NCBI GenBank assembly: GCA_037384945.1
Contig: JARRNM010000038.1
Span: 1-57,190 of the forward strand
DNA from: Deltaproteobacteria bacterium
GTDB taxonomy: Bacteria; Desulfobacterota; Syntrophobacteria; BM002
Reading direction: 5' to 3'
DNA: 57,190 bases
Shown here: one piece after another, positions 1 through 9,306 of the stretch
Position numbering within the stretch: position 1 is the stretch's first letter
Layout: each line of letters opens with the position of its first letter
Program-made: the position numbers and the translations under genes
The notes under the pieces: model-generated
What the model was told of the DNA's origin: nothing
The model's database searches: none
Seen by the model: the letters and a program-made list of their open reading frames with translations, nothing else

Positions 1-732
1 CCACCCAATTACCTCCTTGTGGGGCTAAAGGTGCTACCTGAAATAAACACCCCTGAGATTATAAGGGAAGTAGTTGGTCCGGACACAGCTATCGTCCTCT
101 TACAAAATGGTGTGGAAATAGAAGAATCTGTATCTCAAGCATTTCCGAATAACGAGATCATCAGTGGTCTTGCTTTTATATGCGTCACCCGTAACGATCC
201 GGGTCACATTGTCCACGTAGACTTTGGGCGTCTGGTAATCGGCCGATTTCCTGCGGGTAGGTCAGACAAGACGGACCACCTTGCCAGGCTTTTCAATGAA
301 TCCGGTGTGCCATGCACAGTAAGCGAAGACGTGGTTACTGACAGATGGCGAAAGCTCGTGTGGAACGCACCCTTCAATCCCATCTCTGTTTTAGGAGGTG
401 GTGCGGACACCAAAACCATGGTGGACAATCCTGAGTCCTTAGAACTCGCCCGCCAAGTAATGGAAGAGGTGTGTCGGATTGCCGAGGCTGAGGGTCACCC
501 GCTCCCAACTGGAGTTGTAGAGGAAAACATCGAAGGGACCCGTAGGATGTCCCCTTACAAGAGCAGCATGTTGGTTGATTTCGAGGCTGGGAGACCCATG
601 GAAGTTGAGGCCATACTCGGAAACGGAATCCGGGCAGCCAAACGACATAAGATTGCTGTGCCCCACATGGAAAGTCTTTATGGCCTTTTAAAACTGGTGG
701 ACAAGAAGATTCGCAGCCGGAGGAATTCGTAA
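1..732 (+). CDS. panE: 2-dehydropantoate 2-reductase (ketopantoate reductase), 5' partial
   Basis: Frame 1 is open from the window start. ApbA motifs LLQNG, RWRKLVWNAPFNPIS, YKSSMLVDFEAGRPMEVEAILG. Confidence 0.9.
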   Translation, partial: PPNYLLVGLKVLPEINTPEIIREVVGPDTAIVLLQNGVEIEESVSQAFPNNEIISGLAFICVTRNDPGHIVHVDFGRLVIGRFPAGRSDKTDHLARLFNESGVPCTVSEDVVTDRWRKLVWNAPFNPISVLGGGADTKTMVDNPESLELARQVMEEVCRIAEAEGHPLPTGVVEENIEGTRRMSPYKSSMLVDFEAGRPMEVEAILGNGIRAAKRHKIAVPHMESLYGLLKLVDKKIRSRRNS

Positions 733-825
733 GACCCTCCCCCTATCAGCCTGTACTAAATATCTGTGTGGAAACTCGGCCAAGGCTTCATCTTATACCA
801 TTCAGATCCGGAACGATACTCCTAA

Positions 826-1578
826 CTATTTGTCTCGCTGAATTTTAAGCTCCTTGAAGTAGTCTGCCACTTTTATAAAGAGTTTCTTCCAAGTGACCCA
901 ATCATGCCCGCCGGACACAGTGAAAACTTGTTCAGGCGGCAAGACCTCAGCCAAAATCCGGCACTGTTCGACAAATATATCCTCGGTTCCAAACCCTAAG
1001 ACTATCTTTTTTCGATTCTCTGGATTTGAAACATAAACCTTCAAAGACTTCCACAGATTGCATGCATGGGTCCAGGCGAGAAAAGGACAATCTTCCCAGT
1101 CAGCGAGACCGCCTGCATCATCAATTGCCTCACTTGCCGTGTCCCCACTTATAAAAGGCGCAAGAACAATTACACCATCGACATCTTCCGGATACTCGGT
1201 TGCGTAAAGCAGAACACCATGTCCGCCGAGAGATATGCCAACAATATAGATTTCCTCAAATCCCTCAGCTTTTGCAGGCTGGATCACCTCGGTTTTCAGG
1301 AGCTCGACAATCCTGTTCCCCAGATAAAGAGATGGCCTAACGTCGACAACCTCCAGGCTGGCCTCAAATCCTCTCTCCCACACTTCGTCGAGAAACCCCT
1401 CGGTCTCATAATGAGATCCTTCACCGCCTATGGTGGGTAAAAGCACAACGAGCGAGCGCTTTCCGGTCATGCCTGCATAGCGTACGGAGGGCAGTGCTTT
1501 CTTGTTCGGGGATCCGGCGCATCCCAGTAATAAAACGAACATGCTTGCTATGGCACAGTGCCAGATTATCCTCTTCAT
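826..1578 (-). CDS. Alpha/beta-hydrolase-fold lipoprotein
   Basis: Start moved to MKRIIW (ATG 1578). Lipobox LLGC, nucleophile elbow GISLG, candidate Asp (GTEDI) and His (GGHDW). Confidence 0.75.
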   Translation of the reverse strand: MKRIIWHCAIASMFVLLLGCAGSPNKKALPSVRYAGMTGKRSLVVLLPTIGGEGSHYETEGFLDEVWERGFEASLEVVDVRPSLYLGNRIVELLKTEVIQPAKAEGFEEIYIVGISLGGHGVLLYATEYPEDVDGVIVLAPFISGDTASEAIDDAGGLADWEDCPFLAWTHACNLWKSLKVYVSNPENRKKIVLGFGTEDIFVEQCRILAEVLPPEQVFTVSGGHDWVTWKKLFIKVADYFKELKIQRDK

Positions 1579-1949
1579 GGTTGTGTCCTTCTGCCTGGTT
1601 GAAGTCGGTCGTCGAATCGTCTGGATTGTAATTTGACAGAGCATCTGGCTGTCTGTCAAGCACTGATGGCTTAGACACGAATTGAACTAGACTCTGTCCT
1701 CGCCAGGTCAAAGTAAGCCTCGGAGGCCACTTACCTGTTGCCCTACCGAACTGCTTGTCCTATACTATCTCCTCGAAACCGTAGCTACGACTCTGACTGC
1801 GTAAGGCATTTCAGACTTTTCAGAAAACAATATGACACATTAAGCCTGCTTGCCTCGTCTTCGGGATTGTCGTTGACACATCCGCGAGGGCTCACACCTA
1901 TGCCTAAAAAAGCCATCAGGTGAATTATTGAAACTAAAGGAGTAGGTTT

Positions 1950-4346
1950 ATGAATAGCAAGATGAACAGCAGGTTCTTTTTTCTAATAGCCACCATGGTG
2001 TGTGTGGTAGCACTAAGGATTCCTGATGCCAGGTCCGCTGCCAAACTGCCTGTTGTTCGCATCGGTATTGTCAGGGACGGCCCGCCGGAACGTTTATCAG
2101 ACATCACCCCCCTGGTCAAAGAGGAAATCCTCAAACTAACCTCGGGGGAATTCGATGTCCGGTTTCCGCAAGCGAAATTCATTCAGGGTAACTGGGAACT
2201 AGGGGAAATAGAGAGCTCTGTGGACAAGCTGCTTGCCGATCCCGAGGTTGATCTGGTAATCACCCTCGGTTACCTATCGACGAATTACGTTTGCCATAAA
2301 GAAAAACTACCGAAGCCGGTGGTTGCCTCCATTGTAGCTGATGCCAAGCTGCAGAATCTGCCTCTCAAAGACGGTGCCAGCGGAGTCAAGAACCTCTGCT
2401 ACATTGATTCCTTCCTCAGTTTTGAAAGGGATATCAAGGTGTTCCACGAAATGGTTCCTTTCCGCAAACTGGTGGTTCTTGCTACCAGGAACTCCATTGA
2501 TGCTATCCCGTGGCTCGAGAAGAAATTACGCCAGACTGCCTACGAGTATACCATCGACATACAAGTCGTTCCCGTCGACCCCTCCGCTGAGCAAACCCTG
2601 GATGCTTTTCCTTCTGAAACCGACGCCGTTTACCTCCTGCCTCTTGCACAGATCACACCTGGTGAGTTCCGCAAACTCGTATACGGCTTGATCTTAAGAA
2701 GACTTCCAAGTTTCTCCATGCTGGGAAGAGACGATGTTGAGGCGGGGGTGCTTGCCAGTCTTGCACCTAAAGATCTATTCTTGCGTCTCACCAGGAGGAT
2801 TGCCCTTAACGTGCAGCGAATCCTTCTGGGAGAAGAGGCCTCCACTCTCAAGGTGGCTTTCCCCCTGGGTGAGAAGCTCACCATAAACATGGCCACAGGA
2901 AGGGCCATTGGTTTTTATCCCACCTGGAGTACACTCACCGAAGCAGATTTGCTCAATGAACAAGTTGAGCGAGTAGAGCGGAGACTTTCTCTGCAAAGTG
3001 CCGTGCGCGAGTCCATTGCAGCGAACCTTGACCTGGCGGCCCAGAACAGAAATGTTGCCGCAGGCGAACAGACCGTAAAACAGGCGCGTTCTGCCTTGCT
3101 GCCTCAGGTAGGCCTTGATGCCAGAGGTGAAATAATTGACAAGGACAGGGCAAAAATAAGTAGCGGTGTCACCCCTCAGCGCTCTGTTACAGGTTCAGTA
3201 ACCGCCACCCAGCTTCTTTACGATGAGGACTCCTGGTCGAACTTCACGGTTGAAAAAAATTTGCAGACCTCTCGCCAAGAGCAACGCAACACGGTGGAAA
3301 TCGACATCATCCGCAATGCGGCTGTGGCCTACCTCAATGTGCTGCGGGCCAAGACCCTAGAGCGTGTGCAGAAAAACAATTTGAAGTTAACCCGAGCCAA
3401 CCTCGAGCGTGCTCGGGTACGGGTCTCCATCGGCATCGCCAATCGCTCTGAGGAGTTTCGCTGGGAGAGTAAGATCGCCACAGACCGGGCTAATGTCCTC
3501 TTCGCTCAAGCCACAACCCGGCAAACTGAGATAGCACTCAACCGCTTGCTCAACCGGCCCCTGGGTGAAAAATTCGTCACTACGGAGACGGACCTCAGTG
3601 ATCCCCTCCTCATTGTCAGTAACCGGCGTCTTTTCCCCTATGTGGACAACCCACGAAACTTTCAGACTTTCAGTGATTTCATGGTCGCACAAGGGTTGGA
3701 AATTGCACCAGAACTTCTGGGTTTCGATGCCTTCATCTCTGCCCAAGAAAGAGTTCTGCTAAGGGCAAAGAGAGCCTTCTGGCTACCATCCTTTGGCGCC
3801 CAGGGGAGTGTATCCGAGTTGCTGGCTGAGAGTGGGGAAGGGCAACGAAGCGACACCCCTCTGGATGACACTGATTGGCGGGTAGGAGTTTTTGCCACTT
3901 TCCCTCTGGCAGAAGGAGGGTATAAATTTGCCACTATTAAGCGGGCCAGAGAAGAATTGTCGCGCCTCCAACTGGAGAAACAGTCAACATCAGAGCGAAT
4001 AGAACAAAACATCCGCTCAGCCCTCCACCAGGCAAGCGCATCCTATCCCAACATCCTCCTTTCTCGTTCTGCCGCAGAAGCAGCCAGGAAAAACCTCGAT
4101 CTGGTGACGGATCAGTATACACGCGGCCTGGTCACTATAGTTGATTTGCTGGATGCTCAGAATTCATCTCTCACAGCAGATCAGGATGCTGAAAATGCGG
4201 TCTATAACTTCCTCATTGACTGGATGGATGTGCAGCGTGCTGCCGGCAGGTTCGATTTTCTTATGACCCCGGGCCAAAGGGAGGAATACTTCCAGCGACT
4301 CCAGGTATTTTTCAAAGAGGCTGGGGTCAAGCCAATCAAGAGATGA
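1950..4346 (+). CDS. TolC-family outer membrane efflux protein with N-terminal ABC substrate-binding-like domain
   Basis: AGGAG RBS and signal peptide. C-terminal ~450 aa has OMF repeats (AVRESIAANLDL, QARSALLPQV, YTRGLVTIVDLLDAQ). N-terminal ~340 aa resembles ABC_sub_bind (LPSFSMLGRDDVEAGVLAS, KLTINMATGRAIG). Confidence 0.85.
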   Translation: MNSKMNSRFFFLIATMVCVVALRIPDARSAAKLPVVRIGIVRDGPPERLSDITPLVKEEILKLTSGEFDVRFPQAKFIQGNWELGEIESSVDKLLADPEVDLVITLGYLSTNYVCHKEKLPKPVVASIVADAKLQNLPLKDGASGVKNLCYIDSFLSFERDIKVFHEMVPFRKLVVLATRNSIDAIPWLEKKLRQTAYEYTIDIQVVPVDPSAEQTLDAFPSETDAVYLLPLAQITPGEFRKLVYGLILRRLPSFSMLGRDDVEAGVLASLAPKDLFLRLTRRIALNVQRILLGEEASTLKVAFPLGEKLTINMATGRAIGFYPTWSTLTEADLLNEQVERVERRLSLQSAVRESIAANLDLAAQNRNVAAGEQTVKQARSALLPQVGLDARGEIIDKDRAKISSGVTPQRSVTGSVTATQLLYDEDSWSNFTVEKNLQTSRQEQRNTVEIDIIRNAAVAYLNVLRAKTLERVQKNNLKLTRANLERARVRVSIGIANRSEEFRWESKIATDRANVLFAQATTRQTEIALNRLLNRPLGEKFVTTETDLSDPLLIVSNRRLFPYVDNPRNFQTFSDFMVAQGLEIAPELLGFDAFISAQERVLLRAKRAFWLPSFGAQGSVSELLAESGEGQRSDTPLDDTDWRVGVFATFPLAEGGYKFATIKRAREELSRLQLEKQSTSERIEQNIRSALHQASASYPNILLSRSAAEAARKNLDLVTDQYTRGLVTIVDLLDAQNSSLTADQDAENAVYNFLIDWMDVQRAAGRFDFLMTPGQREEYFQRLQVFFKEAGVKPIKR

Positions 4347-4600
4347 TTGGAGATTTCGGATTTGAGAAGGCATAGAGCATAGGGCAGAGAGCATAGAGTA
4401 AAACGAGAATGACGTTTATGGAAATTACAAATCACAAAACTCAATTACTTAGGTGTCAGGTGTCAGGTTTCGGGTGTCAGGAAAAAAATAAAAGGAAAAA
4501 CCTGAAACCTGAACACTGAAACCTGAAACCCTGAGATGTCTTGCTTGGAGTTTGGGATTTTATAAGTTAGCCATTACTCCAACACTCCATTACTCCAAAG
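4345..4600. repeat. Nested 7/8-nt-periodic inverted-repeat elements
   Basis: (GCATAGA)n, AAATCAC-type arm, (AGGTGTC)n..(CCTGAAA)n, TTTGGGATTT arm, (ACTCCAWY)n. Confidence 0.75.
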
Positions 4601-4653
4601 TGACTTCGATCTTTAGAACAAACTTTGACCCTGCCCTGTACATCTCCGCTAGA

Positions 4654-7600
4654 CTAAAGCGTCGCGTCGCCTCTCTCTGCTTTCACCTTGAAAAATAAGC
4701 TGTATAGCACCGGCACCACCACCAGGGTAAGAAGGGTGCCGGCGGCAAGGCCGAAACTGATCACCACTGCCATGGCAAAAAACATGGGGTCGGGCGGGAT
4801 CATCAGAGAAACCAACCCGAGAATGGTCGTGAGGGTGGTCATCAGCACCGGTTTGAACCTGGTCAGGCAGGCGGTCAAGACCGCATGGTAAGGTTTTGCC
4901 CCTCCATCAATCTCGTTTTGCATCGAGTCCAGCAAGACAATGGCATTGTTGATAATAATGCCCGCCAGACTAAGAAAACCTAGAATCGCCATGAAGCCAA
5001 AAAAGGCACCGGTAATCAGCAATCCCGGAGCGGCCCCGATCAGAACCAGGGGGATGGTAATAAAGATTATCGCCGGCTTGGCATAAGAGTTGAACTGCCA
5101 GACCATGAGCAAGATCATGGCTCCCAGGGCATAGGGGATGAATGCTGCCAGAGCCTTTTGTGCCTTGGCAGAGTTCTCAGACTCTCCTCCCCACTCCCAG
5201 AAGCTCCCGGGCGGCAAGTCCTTCATTATCTTATTCAGTGCGGGGGTGAGAGCCTCCTCCAACTCTGCCGCCTGCAACCACAAGTGTTTGGCATCCACGG
5301 TCACAGTGGGGAGAAGATTCCGCCGATAGATCTGGTTGAACATGGTCTCGGTCCTGAGATCTGCCACCTGGGTCAACGGTACGTTCTCATTCATCGCCGA
5401 GGAATACACCCCAACAGTCCGAAGGCGATCCAAGGTCTTGCGCTCCGCCCCTATAGCCCGGAGCACCACTGGTATGGCCTTGTCCTCCTCCCGATAGTTC
5501 GTGATCGTGCTGCCGCTGAAAAAGGCGTTCAGGCTATTGGCGATCTCCTCTGAAGTGACCCCAGCCCTGCGAGCCCGGGGCTGATCCACGTCGACAATTA
5601 TTTTGACCACCCGGTTTTCCCAGTCATTATAGATACCCACCGTCCCGGGGATATCGCGAAGAGCCTTCTCCACCTGCTGACTCAACTCGTAAATCTTGTC
5701 GTGGTCCGGCCCGGAAATCCTTACCTGCACCAGACCTGTCTCATTTGCTCCCAGCCAGAACTTCTTAATACGGGGATAGACTTCGGGGAAATTCTGAGCA
5801 AGATAATCGCGGGTTCTGTCCATAGACGGGTAGATGGAATCGAAGTCTTTGGTTGTTACCAGGATAAAGGAAATATTAGCTGCGGCGGCCCTGGGGCCAA
5901 ATGTTTGGAAAAACCGTGGCCCCCCGTAACCTACATAGGCCATGGTGCTGGTTACCTCAGGATTGGCCTTTTTGTCTTCGAGCCACTTGAGAAAACGGAC
6001 CGCTGTATGGTCCATGGCATTGGTACCGTAACCGGCTGGAACATCTAAATAGATCATGTACTGATTCCGCTCCGAGTCGGGCATGAACTGCTTCCTAACC
6101 AAACCCATCAGGGCTACAGCTCCCACCATTAGACCTGCCACCACCCCGAGGACAACTAGCCGGTTGTTCAGAGCGAAGGTCAAAAGCCCCTTGTATCTCT
6201 GCATCATGGGTTTCTGGTGCTGTGCTTGTATTTCCTCTTCAGTGAGAGCTTTGGGCCTCAGGAACCAGTAACAACCTAGTGGAGTTACCATTGTAGCAAG
6301 CACCCACGAGGTGAGAAGGGTGATGGCAATCACCGTGGCCATGGAGCTCAAATACTCTCCGGTCACATTTGGGGCCATGGCCAGAGGCACAAATGCCAGG
6401 ATAGTGGTCAACGATGAGGTAAGTAACGGCAGTGCCAGGGTTTTGCCCGCATTTATGGCTGCATCCTTTCGCTCCTCCCCTTCCAGCATGCGCCGGCCGA
6501 TTTCCTCGGCCATAACGATGCCGTTGTCCACCAGAAGCCCGAGGGATATTATCAGGGTGGCCAGGGTAATCCGGTGCAGCTCTAGTCCGAACAGTCGCAT
6601 CCAGACGAGAGTAATAACCATGGTAAGGGGAACAATAGTCCCGACAATGAGTCCGGTCCGCAACCCCAGAAAAAGTATTACCACAGCGAGCACGGTGACC
6701 AGGGTCTGGATCAGATTCATGAATACCCCGTGCACCGATTCTTGCACGTACTTGGCCTGGTAAAAAGCAACGTCTACCTTGTAACCGATGGGAAGCCGTT
6801 TCTGCCATTCCTCAACTCTCTTCTGCACTTTGGGTGTGAAATCCAGAACGTTCACCCCTTTTTCCATTTGCTCCACCGCCAGAATAATGGCGGGCTCTCC
6901 ATTGTAGTAAGCTTTTTGCTTTGGCGGGTCGATATAGGCTCGCTTCACCTCGGCAAGATCCTTGAGGTAGGCAACCTGGTTGGAGGCGGGGAGTTTTATG
7001 ACAACATTCTCGATGTCCTTGACGCTCTCGAAATTTCCCGAAGGCTCAACCACCATTTCCACCAAGCCGGTCTCAACGGATCCGCCTGGAAGTATGATGT
7101 TCTGCTTCCTCAGGGTCTGGGCAAGCTCGGCGGGACTGAGCCCATACTGGGCCAGGCGGGCGTTGGATATCTCCAAAAATACTCGCTCCTCCTGCACCCC
7201 GTGAAGGGATACCTTGCGGATGCCCGGGATGGTATAAAAATCGTCCTGCATGTCCCGGGCCACATCACGCATCTCCGCCATGGAAAAGCCCTTGGCTGTC
7301 AGGGCCACCAAGACCACAGACACGTCGCCGAACTCGTCGTTCACCAGAGGGCCGATAGTTCCCTCTGGCAGCTCTGCCTTGACATCATCCATTTTATTAC
7401 GCAGGTCATTCCATATTTGATCCATGTCAAAGAACTTGTCCCATACCTTGACGTAGACGATGGACACCCCGGTGGCGGACTTGACATTGTAGATGTTTTC
7501 CACCTCAGGAATCCGGCGGATGTATTCCTCCACCTTACGGGTGATGAGGTCTTCCACCCTTCGAGGTGACATTCCCGGATAGTAGGTGGTTACTACCGCA

Positions 7601-7731
7601 TCCCGGATGGTGACGACGGCGTCCTCTTTACTGGGGTAGTTCGTCAGCATGACAAGGCCGGTGACGGTTAGCATTGCCACCACAAGCATCACCAGGCGTG
7701 AGTTATTGAGTGAGAAACCGGTAAGGTTCAT
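4654..7731 (-). CDS. RND efflux permease (AcrB/AcrD/AcrF family)
   Basis: About 1025 aa. Motifs GLLVDNGIVMAE, GIIINNAIVLLD, RFKPVLMTTLTTILG. Start placed at MNLTGF behind AAGGGA. Confidence 0.92.
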   Translation of the reverse strand: MNLTGFSLNNSRLVMLVVAMLTVTGLVMLTNYPSKEDAVVTIRDAVVTTYYPGMSPRRVEDLITRKVEEYIRRIPEVENIYNVKSATGVSIVYVKVWDKFFDMDQIWNDLRNKMDDVKAELPEGTIGPLVNDEFGDVSVVLVALTAKGFSMAEMRDVARDMQDDFYTIPGIRKVSLHGVQEERVFLEISNARLAQYGLSPAELAQTLRKQNIILPGGSVETGLVEMVVEPSGNFESVKDIENVVIKLPASNQVAYLKDLAEVKRAYIDPPKQKAYYNGEPAIILAVEQMEKGVNVLDFTPKVQKRVEEWQKRLPIGYKVDVAFYQAKYVQESVHGVFMNLIQTLVTVLAVVILFLGLRTGLIVGTIVPLTMVITLVWMRLFGLELHRITLATLIISLGLLVDNGIVMAEEIGRRMLEGEERKDAAINAGKTLALPLLTSSLTTILAFVPLAMAPNVTGEYLSSMATVIAITLLTSWVLATMVTPLGCYWFLRPKALTEEEIQAQHQKPMMQRYKGLLTFALNNRLVVLGVVAGLMVGAVALMGLVRKQFMPDSERNQYMIYLDVPAGYGTNAMDHTAVRFLKWLEDKKANPEVTSTMAYVGYGGPRFFQTFGPRAAAANISFILVTTKDFDSIYPSMDRTRDYLAQNFPEVYPRIKKFWLGANETGLVQVRISGPDHDKIYELSQQVEKALRDIPGTVGIYNDWENRVVKIIVDVDQPRARRAGVTSEEIANSLNAFFSGSTITNYREEDKAIPVVLRAIGAERKTLDRLRTVGVYSSAMNENVPLTQVADLRTETMFNQIYRRNLLPTVTVDAKHLWLQAAELEEALTPALNKIMKDLPPGSFWEWGGESENSAKAQKALAAFIPYALGAMILLMVWQFNSYAKPAIIFITIPLVLIGAAPGLLITGAFFGFMAILGFLSLAGIIINNAIVLLDSMQNEIDGGAKPYHAVLTACLTRFKPVLMTTLTTILGLVSLMIPPDPMFFAMAVVISFGLAAGTLLTLVVVPVLYSLFFKVKAERGDATL

Positions 7732-7813
7732 CAAGAATCCCCTTGTTTGATTCCAACCTGTCAAACCAAGACATCTGGCTACTGAACTAGTTCTTTATCG
7801 ACTATGGTTGTCC

Positions 7814-8013
7814 CTTGGAGTATTGGAGTAGTGGAGTATGGCGAACTTGTAAAATCCCAAACTACAAGCACCAAACTAAAAACAAATCCCAAATTCCAAT
7901 ATCTTAATGACCAAAACAGTTTGGAACTTTGAATTTCGGTCATTGTGATTTATTTGGTATTTGATATTTGTGATTTGGAATTTCTATACCTCCAGTACTC
8001 CATCACTCCACTA
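7814..8013. repeat. Periodic inverted-repeat element between the MFP and RND genes
   Basis: GGAGTATT..GGAGTAGT / ACTCCA arms enclose AAATCCC/AAATTCC versus TTTGGAATTT arms. Confidence 0.7.
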
Positions 8014-8024
8014 TTCTCAGAGGA

Positions 8025-9155
8025 CTATTCCTTTTCCTTCATGAGATTAACTTTCTGCCCGTCGGTCAGGAACTGGACACCGGCAGTGGCTATGATGTCG
8101 CCGGCCTTGAGAGCACCGGGCTCAACGAGTACGTCGTTTTCGCGCAGGGCCAAGGTCTTTATTGGAGTCTTCTTGACAGTGGAGCTCTTCTCATCATAAA
8201 TGAAAACAAATTGTGTTTTTTCTGCTTCCACAAAAATCGCTGCGAGAGGGAGTGCAAGGCCGGTCAATAATGGCTCCCCCGTCTCCGATTCCGGGATAAA
8301 CTCGAAGGCAACTTCCACCGACATTCCCGATCTGAAATCATCAAATTGTTCCTGCAACTGAACCGTAACCGGATAGGTACTGGCAGTCCTCGATCTGGAG
8401 CCGATCTCGGTGATCACCCCAGCAACCTTGCGATTGTTCAAGGTGGGAAAAACAACTTCGGCCTCATCACCCGATGAAAGATGTATTACCAACGAGTCAG
8501 GCACTGCCGCCGAGACTTCGAAGCCAGATTCCACTCCATCCAGGCCGAAAACTGCTTTGCCCGGGGAAATTTCCATGTAAGGCTCGATCTCTTTCACGGA
8601 GATAGTACCGTCAAAGGGAGCCGTCATTTGAGTTTTACGCAAATCGCGACGTGCCAGCCCCAGTTGAGCCTGTGCGGCCTTCACCTGGCTCTTGGCGCTG
8701 TCGAAGCTTGCCCTGGCTTCATCCAACTCGGCCTTGCTGGCATTGTTTGATTCGTAGAGGGCACTATAGCGCTCGTAGTTGGCCCGTCTTTCTACCAAAT
8801 TAGCCTGGGCTTTTGACAGTCCGGCTTCTGCGTCCCTGACCGCCAGCACGAAAGGCTGTCGATCCAGTTCGGCTAGAACCTGCCCTTTTTTGACCTTATC
8901 GCCCAGCTTGGCTTCGACCTTCTCGACTGTCCCACCCACAGCAAAGCTGAGAGCAGTCTGGTCCACAGGCTTGGTGGTGCCAGAGATCATCCTCACCTGT
9001 CTGGCTGTGGTCTCGGCCACTTTGGTCCACTTAATAGAGCGGATGACTTCTTCAGGCTTTTCCTCCTTACCGCAGCCAAAGGTTGCCAATATTGAAACAA
9101 GTAGGCAGAGGATCAAAGCGAGAAATTTGCTCCTGCCGGAAACAGAATAAACCAT
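8025..9155 (-). CDS. RND efflux periplasmic adaptor (membrane fusion protein), lipoprotein
   Basis: Lipobox TFGC, lipoyl/hairpin motifs VKKGQVLAELD and APFDGTI. Directly upstream of the RND permease. Confidence 0.9.
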   Translation of the reverse strand: MVYSVSGRSKFLALILCLLVSILATFGCGKEEKPEEVIRSIKWTKVAETTARQVRMISGTTKPVDQTALSFAVGGTVEKVEAKLGDKVKKGQVLAELDRQPFVLAVRDAEAGLSKAQANLVERRANYERYSALYESNNASKAELDEARASFDSAKSQVKAAQAQLGLARRDLRKTQMTAPFDGTISVKEIEPYMEISPGKAVFGLDGVESGFEVSAAVPDSLVIHLSSGDEAEVVFPTLNNRKVAGVITEIGSRSRTASTYPVTVQLQEQFDDFRSGMSVEVAFEFIPESETGEPLLTGLALPLAAIFVEAEKTQFVFIYDEKSSTVKKTPIKTLALRENDVLVEPGALKAGDIIATAGVQFLTDGQKVNLMKEKE

Positions 9156-9306
9156 CAAATCACCTCCAGAGTACCGAAAGGCGGACTGAACTCCGCATAA
9201 TTTTGTATCTATCTCTTGATCTGAGAATTGGATAAGATCATAGGAGTGATCTTGTTTGCCGAGTCTACTGCATTTTACTTGAATCCCGGGAGAAGTAAAT
9301 AGGGTA

